From an uncultured delta proteobacterium (GTDB lineage Bacteria; Desulfobacterota; WTBG01; CAIYCZ01; CAIRTM01): DNA of 64,000 bases. Position 1 is the first letter of the stretch. Every line of letters begins with the position of its first letter. The DNA lies in the NCBI GenBank assembly GCA_963718965.1, contig CAVRBJ010000022.1:82479-146478 (forward strand), given 5' to 3'. The notes below the pieces were generated by a model. The model had not been told where the DNA came from, did no database searches, and saw nothing but the letters and a program-made list of their open reading frames with translations. The translations under genes and the position numbers were made by a program. Positions 55,698 through 64,000 of the stretch are shown here, piece by piece.

Positions 55698-56510
55698 ATG
55701 CTGCGCAAAAAGCCGTACCTGAAAATACTTGCCCATAAGCCTGATATTTTCAGCGCACTACCTGCCGAGGTGCTGAGCGAGGAGGCCGCAGACCGGCTCC
55801 GGGAGATTCCCCGCCTTGCCGTTGCCGAAATCACCGGCCCGGCAGACCTGCCTGCCCTGCGCGAGCTGCTGAAGCACCACAGGCCCGATGGGCTGCTGCC
55901 CACATTTGCCTATACCGGCACTGAATACGGCGATTGGGCGCAGCTAAGTGATATGGCGGCAGCGCTGAAAAAAAAATTCGAGAAAGAGCTCAACATTTAT
56001 GTTGCCGAACCCGTTGTGCTGGGCTCTCCCGCGCTTTGGAAAGCGCTGCGGGAGGCTCATGAAGGGGAGGTCCGGAGGCGTTTCGGTTTTCCCTGCTCAT
56101 GCCTGGGGTGCCGGCTGTACAGCTACGTGCTTCGCGTTCCCCTGTGCAAAACAATCGATGCCCGTTTTTTCATACCGTCGCTGCACGGCCTGGTTCAGCG
56201 CGGCTGCCCGGCACATACAACGACTATTGAAAGAAAATATTTCACTTTTCTTATGTCCGGCTACGGCATTGATGTCTGGCATCAGGGTTTGAATTATGAG
56301 CAGACAGGTGACGAGGGCCCCTGCCTGTCATGCGTGCTTATGCCTGAGGAAGGCAGCAATATATCGCAGGACAAACTGATCCGGTACTTCGAGCTATTCG
56401 CCCTTCCCGCAGCAGGCGGCATACTGAGCCTTGCGGTCTCCGGCGCGCAGGCTGACTATGCACGGATTGTTTTTCAAGCAGCACAGCAGAAAAAGGCTGC
56501 CCGGCCATAA
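55698..56510 (+). CDS. Cys-rich hypothetical protein translationally coupled to epmA
   Basis: 271 aa; FPCSCLGCRLYSYVL ... GCPAH ... CLSC; TGAcATG junction with epmA. Confidence 0.5.
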   Translation: MLRKKPYLKILAHKPDIFSALPAEVLSEEAADRLREIPRLAVAEITGPADLPALRELLKHHRPDGLLPTFAYTGTEYGDWAQLSDMAAALKKKFEKELNIYVAEPVVLGSPALWKALREAHEGEVRRRFGFPCSCLGCRLYSYVLRVPLCKTIDARFFIPSLHGLVQRGCPAHTTTIERKYFTFLMSGYGIDVWHQGLNYEQTGDEGPCLSCVLMPEEGSNISQDKLIRYFELFALPAAGGILSLAVSGAQADYARIVFQAAQQKKAARP

Positions 56511-56513
56511 TAT

Positions 56514-56560
56514 TTGTCAGGCTGTAAAAAATCCCCCTGTATTCCCCTTTTTCAAAGGTG
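56514..56560. repeat. Double-hairpin repeat, partial copy 6 (second hairpin)
   Basis: GTCAGGCTGTAAAAAATCCCCCTGTATTCCCCTTTTTCAAAGGTGGAATGAA. Confidence 0.5.
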
Positions 56561-56653
56561 GAATGAATAGGCTTATTTTTTAATGTAAAACTCACTATTG
56601 CCCCCTTGTTTGAGGGCCGCTGCACTACAGCCAAACCAGAGGAGCGGGACGAT

Positions 56654-57558
56654 ATGGATTTCAATCAGGACACCTTTGCACGGATTGTCGAAAGCCTTCA
56701 TGATGGCCTGTATTTCGTCGATCCAGACAGGCGCATCACCTACTGGAACAAGGCCGCAGAGCGGATCACCGGCTATACGGCCGCCGAAGTGCTCGGGAGG
56801 TCATGCTCGGACAATATCCTGACGCATGTTGACGCCGACGGAAACCATCTTTGCACAGCCATCTGCCCTCTTGCCGCCACCATTGCCGATGGCGCTGCGC
56901 GCAGCTCGGAAATCTATCTGCACCATAAGGACGGCCACAGGATTCCCATATCCGTGCGCACCAGCATACTGACCGATACCGCAGGCAGCGTCATCGGCGG
57001 CATTGAACTGTTCACCGACATCAGCAATCAGGCTGTCAGCCAGCTGCGAATACGGGAACTGGAAAAAATGGCTCTGATCGACACCCTCACTCAGCTGCCC
57101 AACAGAAACTATCTTGAAAAAGAGCTGTACAATAAGTGTGAAGAAAAAAAACGCCTCAACCTGCCCCTTGGCATCCTTTTCATTGATATTGATCACTTTA
57201 AAAAATTCAATGACACCTACGGGCACGATGTCGGCGACAAGGTTCTTGCCTGCGTTGCCAGAACTTTTACCGCCAACTCAAGGTCTTTTGACATCTACGG
57301 CCGCTGGGGGGAGAGGAATTTATAGGCATCATACATATTGCCACTGGCGATGAAATGGAGCATCTGGCAGACAGGCTGCGCATGCTGGTTGAAAACTCCT
57401 ATATCATGCATGAAGGGAAAAGGCTCCTGGTTACCGTTTCTCTCGGGGCCACCCTTCTGCGGGATGATGACACGATTGAGAGCCTGATCAAAAGGGCGGA
57501 CGGGCTTCTGTATACAAGCAAACAGGCCGGGCGGAATCGTTATTCTTTCAGCCCGTGA
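56654..57558 (+). CDS. PAS-GGDEF diguanylate cyclase; frameshift at a G-run near 57310
   Basis: PAS RITYWNKAAERITGY; GGDEF domain with RWGGEEF(IGI) spanning the frame break. Confidence 0.85.
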
Positions 57559-57687
57559 GTAGGGATCAGGTGCCAGGTTTCGGGGTTCAGGTGGCAGTTT
57601 TCGTAGGTCGGATTAAGCGGAGCGAATCCGACACAATGTGTTTTTAATTTTCAAATTCAAATCAAAAGAACCTGCACATTAACAAAC

Positions 57688-57727
57688 AAAGGCCGTTCCT
57701 TTTCAGGATCGGCCTTTTATTTGTTTT
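57688..57727 (+). terminator. Intrinsic terminator after the diguanylate cyclase gene
   Basis: AAAGGCCG ttccttttcaggat CGGCCTTTTATTTGTTTT. Confidence 0.55.
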
Positions 57728-57879
57728 AAAACTTCCGCTTACCTACTACATCGTGCAAACCTTCTCACAGGCAATCTGCCCGCCGCAACCGGGTGTTGTA
57801 TCGCATCAACGTAAGCAATTATTATTTTTATTTAAAACATATAAAGCACTAAACGGTAATTTTAGGCACTTTTGAGCCA

Positions 57880-57990
57880 TTGGAGATTAGGGCAGGGATC
57901 AGGTGATAGGAATGAAAAATCAGAGTTCGGGGGTCAGGGCGCAGGGATTGTAAGGATCAAAATTCATAATTCGCAAAGAAGGGCTTATAG
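57880..57990. repeat. Degenerate GGxTCAGG-type short-repeat array
   Basis: GGGCAGGGATCAGGTGATAGG...AGAGTTCGGGGGTCAGGGCGCAGGGATTGTAAGGATCAAAATTCA; a related array at 57560-57620. Confidence 0.35.
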
Positions 57991-57991
57991 C

Positions 57992-59320
57992 CTACTTTAC
58001 CGTAAAATCTGCGCACAGAGAGTCGGGGTATTGGCCGTAGATAATAACATTTACTTGCGTATCGCCCTTTTCCACCCTGAACGGGTTGAAGGCGTAAAGG
58101 CCGACAATAATTCTTGAACCGAGCTTGATTCTGGCCAGACAGTGTATGAAATCAGAATTGAATGCGAGCGAGAAGTTCCCGAAATCAATGCCGCTTTCTT
58201 TATCTGCGCTGATAATGAACGGGACAACATGCACAAAAAACATTCCCACACTGGAAACCTGTGCGGGAATGATTTTCAGGGAGCAGGGAGCTGATTGGCA
58301 TCCTTCATGAATTGTCCAGTCAGTGTCGTCGCAGTCCTGCGGTATGCAGCCTTTGCCGGCAAAATAGCCATCGCCGTCCGCATCGGTACAATTGTCCGAA
58401 GGCCCGCATTGCCCGGCACGCACAGCTCGAACATACAGCTCGTCACCGGAAGAAAAACCGTTCATATCTCCGCTGCGTAACCCCACGAACCACCAGAGGT
58501 CTGCGCCTTCATAGTCGATGGGGACTTTGGTTGACGACCAGTACTCGGACAACTCAGTGTCAGGGAAATAGGCCGTATTGATAGCTGGATTAAAACGGGT
58601 ATAGTCAACTATCGACTGCAGTTCATTCCTGGTGGGGAGCCGCCAGTCGTTTTTGCCCCCAAGAGTGAGGTTTTCACAGTACGCCTTTGCCTTTGCCAGG
58701 GTAACGGCGCCGGAACCTGCTGACTTTTCCCATACAAGGCCGCTGGCGGCATCAGTTATCGTACCATCTCCATTGTCAATAAAGCTATTGACAAACTGCT
58801 CCCCGCGAACAGCGCGAACATAGTAAAAGCCGGTCGATGTATTATCATAGCCGACTGAACCGAAGGAAAAATCCACGGTCCAGGCCTGGCCTGAATCGCC
58901 TGAAAGCAGACTCGACGACCAGTAATTGTCGGCTTCGGTGCCAGGGAAATAGGTCAAATCGATAGTCGGGTTGGGCTGTTCTGATGATAAGGTAACACCG
59001 CTGTCGACAAGCATGGATAATTCCTTAATTGCCGGCAGGCGCCAGTCAGTATAGCCACCCAGGGTAAGATTATTGCAGTAGTCAACAGCCTGCTGCCTGC
59101 TGTACACTCCCTCAGTAATCCCCGGAGCCGTTGCCTTCTGCCATAAAAGACCGGTGACATTATCCCGGATAATGCCATTGCCGAAATCCGTGTACGAATG
59201 AGGGTTGCAGGTGAAATCAGTGGATTGTCCGGTATCGGGCACAGGACCGGCAAAGGCAGCAGAGCCGCAGGCCAGCAATGCGCACATGAACAGAATGTAT
59301 ATTGATTTACCGAACAGCAT
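57992..59320 (-). CDS. Lipoprotein with two DUF1566 (Lcl C-terminal-like) domains
   Basis: Signal/lipobox LLACGSAAFA; two YTDWRLPAIKELSML / KNDWRLPTRNELQSIV cores. Confidence 0.7.
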   Translation of the reverse strand: MLFGKSIYILFMCALLACGSAAFAGPVPDTGQSTDFTCNPHSYTDFGNGIIRDNVTGLLWQKATAPGITEGVYSRQQAVDYCNNLTLGGYTDWRLPAIKELSMLVDSGVTLSSEQPNPTIDLTYFPGTEADNYWSSSLLSGDSGQAWTVDFSFGSVGYDNTSTGFYYVRAVRGEQFVNSFIDNGDGTITDAASGLVWEKSAGSGAVTLAKAKAYCENLTLGGKNDWRLPTRNELQSIVDYTRFNPAINTAYFPDTELSEYWSSTKVPIDYEGADLWWFVGLRSGDMNGFSSGDELYVRAVRAGQCGPSDNCTDADGDGYFAGKGCIPQDCDDTDWTIHEGCQSAPCSLKIIPAQVSSVGMFFVHVVPFIISADKESGIDFGNFSLAFNSDFIHCLARIKLGSRIIVGLYAFNPFRVEKGDTQVNVIIYGQYPDSLCADFTVK

Positions 59321-59520
59321 GCAGCGACCATTTTTAATAGAGTATTTAAACCATTCTTATAGGTATAGGCACAGGCGCCTGTATGTCAATGAAAATCTCC
59401 CGGTAAACATGTCAGTGGAGAACGGCCCGGACAGGAGAAACGGCACTGCCTGAGAATATCGTAAAAAAAGAGAGGTCGCATTACTCAATGGCGGAGAGAA
59501 TAAAAAAGAGCGGCGCAGCT

Positions 59521-60528
59521 TTAATGTGCTTCACGCACCAATCGCATGCCGACCAGCGTGTAGCGCGTATCCGGCATATTCCAGTTCCGGTATGATGATC
59601 GCGCGTAAAACGGCCAGGTGTGCCACGACCCGCCGCGGCGCACCCGCACCTTACCCGCTGCAGGCCCCTGCGGATCATCAACGGGCGACTGTGCATAGTA
59701 CGTATCGGCATGCCAGTCAGCACACCATTCCCAGACATTTCCATGCATATCATACAGGCCCCAGGAATTAGGTGCAAAACTGCCGGCGGGGGAAGTAAAC
59801 TCAAACCCGTCATGCCCGGTCAGGGCATACTGTTTCCACTGAGGCCAGTTCTTCGTGGTATCGGCATCAAAAACATTTGCCGCCTTCAGCAGCGTGGCCG
59901 GATCATCGCCACTGTAATAACGCGTCCGGGTACCGGCACGGCAGGCATATTCCCATTCGGCTTCGGTGGGCAGCCGGTATTTTTTCCCTTCTTTCCTGCC
60001 CAGCCATGCTGCCATGGCAACTGCGTCATGCCAGGTCACATTGACCACAGGATCATCATCGACCTGTTTAAAGCCCGGATTGCGCCAGGAATACTGCGGA
60101 CTGCGCCCTTCGAAAGCATCCCCCCGACTTGGATTTTTTTGGGTCATAGTCGCGGTTATAGCCATAACCGCCCGTGCCGTCAGCTATGGATTCGGGCGTG
60201 TAGCCGGAGGATTCAAGGAACTTCCTGAACTGACCGACCGTCACCTCATATTGCCCCATGTAGAACGGCCGGGTGATACGTACTTTATGCACGGGCGCTT
60301 CATCGCCAAGAAGAAGAAAGCGCTGACGATCGTACTGCGGATAGGCTTTGGCAAGCTCTTCAGGGGACTCATCACTGCCCATCAAAAATTCACCGGACGG
60401 GATCAAGACGAATTTCATGCCAAGGGAATTTTCAATCTGCCTGGGCAATTCGGCGTCTGACTCAGCCGGCCAGTACCGGAAAGAACAACAGCGCAGCCAA
60501 AAAGGCACATCGATAGTTGATTACGCAT
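59521..60528 (-). CDS. Formylglycine-generating-enzyme (SUMF1/EgtB/PvdO) family protein; two frameshifts
   Basis: YDMHGNVWEWCADW ... RVRRGGSWHTWPFYARSSYRNW; N-terminal signal peptide MRNQLSMCLFGCAVVLSG in a third frame. Confidence 0.75.
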
Positions 60529-60717
60529 GGTATGAAGCCCTACGCACAATTAAAAAATGAGAAACAAAAAACAGAGGTCAGATCAAAAATGAGCTATGAT
60601 GGCTGCATGTGAAACTATCCGGATATGGGGAGCAAAGCGGATATATTCGTCCGAGTGCAGGCACTATAAAATGAGGGCTATTGTGTGTCAAGGCAAATAT
60701 GGGCAGAGATGTTAGGA

Positions 60718-60775
60718 GTCCCTTCATCACCCTCTCCGCCATGTATTGAGGAGAGGGTCAGGGTGAGGTGGCATC
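60718..60775. repeat. GC hairpin + GGGTGAGG tail, diverged member of the 41-42 kb repeat family
   Basis: CACCCTCTCCgccatgtattgaGGAGAGGGTCAGGGTGAGGTGG. Confidence 0.4.
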
Positions 60776-61254
60776 AATTGCGCAATTCTGTGTTTGAAGT
60801 ATGGCTGCCTCATGCTTAATGTGCTCCAGTTACATCTTTCGAACCAGCACATCACCGATATTCCGGCCTTGGGCATTCATCCACAGCTGAAAACTATGCA
60901 GACAATCAAACATTTCCATAGCACCTGCCTTGAAGAATGAAAAAAAATAAATTTTTTTTTATTTTTTGACCTTATATGACAAAACCGGCGGCTATAAGGG
61001 AGACATACAATAACCTTATGTGGAGGCCGTATGAGACAGTATCTGTATCTTTTTTGGGGGTTGGTGCTTGCGGGAATGCTTATTCTAACAGCGGCATACC
61101 CGGAGTGCCGTCAGGCAGCCGCCCTGCAGTATCCTGCAAACCGCGACTATGCAGTGTATGACCAGAACGGTGATCGAATGCTCGTGAGCGGCGCTTATCT
61201 GGAGGCTCAGATAAGCGCTGAGGGAAAGCGGGCAGGCCAAACCCGGTTTTAAGT

Positions 61255-61419
61255 AGTGGCTGAATGAAAACCCGGAACCATACATTTGTTGGGTTCGCCC
61301 TTATGCCGGTACTTCTTCGTAAGGAATTGTTTTTGCGCAGGTTGGTTTGAGGTACGAAACCCAACGGTTTCTTCCGGGCTTAACCCAACCTACACATACA
61401 TGACTTTTCGTTCAGACAC
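61255..61419. mobile_element. MITE-like element, copy B (terminal inverted repeats GTGGCTGAATGAAAAC / GTGTCTGAACGAAAAG)
   Basis: ~85% identical over ~140 bp to the reverse complement of 18245-18407. Confidence 0.6.
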
Positions 61420-61491
61420 TAAGTACCGCAAGGCATACCGTGTAACAACAAAATCCTGGATGCCGGCTTTCGCCGTCATGCCGAAAAAAAA

Positions 61492-63522
61492 TTATAGCAG
61501 TACTAAATGCCGTTCCAGTGCAGCCGGGTCAATGATCGGTGGCAGGCAACTGCCGGTGGTGCAGATATATGCTGCGGCATTGCCGTCAAGAGCGCTGCAG
61601 GATTTCGTGTGCGGAGCAAGCTCTGTCATGTCGTCGTTCCCGCTTCCGCACAGCGCCAGGGTCGCAAAGGGATTAAATCCTTTCACGGCCGCCAGCAGCT
61701 CATCTATGCCAGTGCCGCAGGCCAGCACAATGTTCGTGCCGCCATGCCGGCAATATACATCCGCGCACAGCAGGCCCGTATAGGCAACGGGATAGGCGTT
61801 CATGTCCCCGGACAGGGATTCACGTATCCGCTCAGCAGCGCTGCCGAAAATCTCGTTATGGGTCACGGCAGCCAGCCGCGCCAGCGTTAAAGCGGCAACG
61901 GCATTGCCTGAGGGCAGCGCGCCGTCATGTATATTTTTTCCACGAACCGGTAGGTCCACCACGTCGTGGCCGGAAAGAAACAGGCAGCCGTCGGCGTCAT
62001 CGCGAAACAGCCACAGCATACTGTCGGCAATCTGTATGGCCGCGGCAAGCCAGCACGGCTGCAATGTTGCCTGATACAGCTCAAACATTCCCCAGAGTAC
62101 ATAGGCATAGTCATCAGAGGTGGCCGGATGCCGCAGCACGCCGTCACGCAGGCTGGCCTGCAGCCTGTTATCATAAAACATATTCTCAAGAATAAAATGA
62201 CCTGTTTTTTCAGCGGCGGCAATATAATCAGCATTCTGCATGAGGCGGCCTGCAGTCGCCAGGGCGGCCAGCATAAGGCCATTGACAGCGGCAAGCATTT
62301 TATCATCTTTAAGCGGCGGCACGCGTTTTTCACGATACTGCCGCAGAGCAGGAAAGCAGTTCCCGGCAAAGGCCTCATCGTCTGCTGTCGGGCTGCTGCG
62401 AAGAAGGTTCGGTATGCTTTTGCTTTCGAAATTCCCCTGCGGGGTAATGTCAAAAAGGGTGCAAAAGCGGCGGCCATCGTCAGGGCCTAAAACTTTTTTC
62501 ATTTCTGACGGCGTGAAGACATAGTACCTGCCCTCCTCCCCCTCGCTGTCGGCATCCTGGGCCGTATAAAAGCCGCCGCAGGCATCAGCCATTTCCCTGA
62601 AGCAGTAGTCCAGTATCCTGCGGGCCACTGTAAAAAAGCTTTCGTCGATGGCTGCGCCTGCTTCGCAGCAGGCTATGGTCAGCATGGCATTGTCGTACAT
62701 CATTTTTTCAAAATGCGGCACCAGCCACCGTTCATCAGTCGAGTAGCGGCTAAAGCCGCCGCCGATATGGTCCCAGATGCCGCCGCGCTGCATGGCCTTG
62801 AGTGTGGCTGCAACCATATCTGCCGCCTGCCGGTTTTTGTACAGCAGCTGATACCGGATGAGAAAAAGCAGGTTATGGGCCGAGGGAAATTTGGGAGCAC
62901 TCCCGAAACCTCCGTATTTTTTATCAAAAGAGGCTTCAAGCTGCTGAAAGGCCTGGTGAGAAGGATTGTCTGCAGTTCCCGTCAGCGTTGAAACTTTTTT
63001 TTCTGACAGGTGGCGGATTATGTCGTCTGAGGCCGACAGCAGCCGCTGCCTGTCCTGGTGCCATAAACCAGCTAAGGTGCCAAGAATTGTCATAAAGCCG
63101 CGCATGCCGTAGCTGTCGTTTTTAGGAAAATATGAACCCGTAAAAAAAGGTTTTTTATCCGGCGTCAGAAAGCAGGAAAGGGGCCACCCTCCTCTGCCGG
63201 TCAGGGCGGTACAGGCGCTCATATAAAAGTGGTCGATGTCCGGCCGCTCCTCGCGGTCGACCTTGATGCAGACAAAGTGCAGGTTTAAAAGACCGGCGAC
63301 TTCGGCGTCCTCAAAACTTTCCCGCTCCATAACATGGCACCAGTGGCAGGTCGAATAACCGATGCTTAAAAAAACCGGCACATCACGCTGTTTGGCCTCG
63401 GCAAAAGCTTCGTCTCCCCAGGGGTACCAGTCGACCGGGTTATGGGCATGCTGTAAAAGGTAGGGGGATTTTTCATGTATGAGCCTGTTGGCCGTTTCTG
63501 TCATTGAAAGCATCCCCTGCAT
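61492..63522 (-). CDS. Thioredoxin-domain protein of the YyaL/DUF255 family with a six-hairpin glycosidase-like C-terminal domain
   Basis: [48 protein letters not shown] signature N-terminus; 676 aa. Confidence 0.8.
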   Translation of the reverse strand: MQGMLSMTETANRLIHEKSPYLLQHAHNPVDWYPWGDEAFAEAKQRDVPVFLSIGYSTCHWCHVMERESFEDAEVAGLLNLHFVCIKVDREERPDIDHFYMSACTALTGRGGWPLSCFLTPDKKPFFTGSYFPKNDSYGMRGFMTILGTLAGLWHQDRQRLLSASDDIIRHLSEKKVSTLTGTADNPSHQAFQQLEASFDKKYGGFGSAPKFPSAHNLLFLIRYQLLYKNRQAADMVAATLKAMQRGGIWDHIGGGFSRYSTDERWLVPHFEKMMYDNAMLTIACCEAGAAIDESFFTVARRILDYCFREMADACGGFYTAQDADSEGEEGRYYVFTPSEMKKVLGPDDGRRFCTLFDITPQGNFESKSIPNLLRSSPTADDEAFAGNCFPALRQYREKRVPPLKDDKMLAAVNGLMLAALATAGRLMQNADYIAAAEKTGHFILENMFYDNRLQASLRDGVLRHPATSDDYAYVLWGMFELYQATLQPCWLAAAIQIADSMLWLFRDDADGCLFLSGHDVVDLPVRGKNIHDGALPSGNAVAALTLARLAAVTHNEIFGSAAERIRESLSGDMNAYPVAYTGLLCADVYCRHGGTNIVLACGTGIDELLAAVKGFNPFATLALCGSGNDDMTELAPHTKSCSALDGNAAAYICTTGSCLPPIIDPAALERHLVLL

Positions 63523-63607
63523 AAAAAATAAAGCGGTACGCGCAGCGCACCCTCATCTCCTTGAAGCACAGCTTCAAGGTATTTTGAAGATCAGCCGGTC
63601 AGAGGCA

Positions 63608-64000
63608 TCACTGAAGTGCTGCAGCCACCCGTGTAAGCCCTGACCGTATCGCCTGGCGAAGTAACGGGTGCCGCTCAAACATGGCGATCAGCCGCGGGCT
63701 GCAGCGGTAATAAAACGATATAAACTGCCGCCCTGCGGCAGAGCCTGCCAGGTGACGGTCGCGGAAACACCGCAGCGCCGCAAGTCCGGCATCATCGGAT
63801 TCAAGCATATAGGCTGCGGCGCAGGGGCTGCTGTCATTGACGGTAATATCCTGCCCCTGAAACCGCACAGTAAAAGGCTGCGACCAATCCCACCACAGGG
63901 GCAGTTCATAGACAGCGCCGCTGATGTCACCTCCAGCTTGTATTTCCCTGTTGCAGTCCGGGCAGTACAGTACTGCGGCAGTGCTGTTATCGGCCCAGTA
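63608..64000 (-). CDS. Hypothetical protein, partial (runs off the window end), two frames
   Basis: Overlapping minus-strand ORFs 63608-63868 and 63688-63930 with host-like codon usage; no family recognised. Confidence 0.25.
   Translation of the reverse strand, partial: YWADNSTAAVLYCPDCNREIQAGGDISGAVYELPLWWDWSQPFTVRFQGQDITVNDSSPCAAAYMLESDDAGLAALRCFRDRHLAGSAAGRQFISFYYRCSPRLIAMFERHPLLRQAIRSGLTRVAAALQ

Overview
This 64-kb window appears to be from a high-GC delta-proteobacterium-like chromosome, probably Desulfobacterota. The first 9.5 kb is the conserved tRNA-rimP-nusA-infB-DUF503-rbfA-truB-rpsO-pnp translation/RNA-processing supraoperon on the minus strand, with a near-consensus sigma70 promoter in front of a tRNA-Gly(CCC). 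Housekeeping genes follow: lepB, cimA, ilvD, efp-epmA, a murein amidase, a D-aminoacylase and a MacAB-like efflux set. Between them lie accessory modules. These are a ClpX-paralog plus CbpA-like J-protein pair; two SBBP/propeller-type secreted repeat proteins around ppnP; a 3.2-kb LRR/PPC/TSP3 surface-protein gene beside tRNA-Pro; and an AT-rich cassette-like island (45.0-50.2 kb). The island carries two RelE/ParE-family toxin-antitoxin pairs, an HNH-like gene, an unknown gene and an esterase, each followed by related GC hairpins. It also contains a DUF1566 plus FGE-family pair. Three dispersed repeat families punctuate the intergenic DNA: a ~110-bp double-hairpin element in at least six copies, a ~163-bp MITE-like element with terminal inverted repeats in two copies plus a solo end, and a ~140-bp direct repeat bracketing a BON/glycine-zipper gene. 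Degenerate GGTTCAG-type heptamer arrays also occur. Many conserved genes, including pnp, truB, infB and rimP, are split across reading frames, often at homopolymer runs. I read these as assembly indel errors, not pseudogenes. No CRISPR array, rRNA or integrase/transposase gene is visible.
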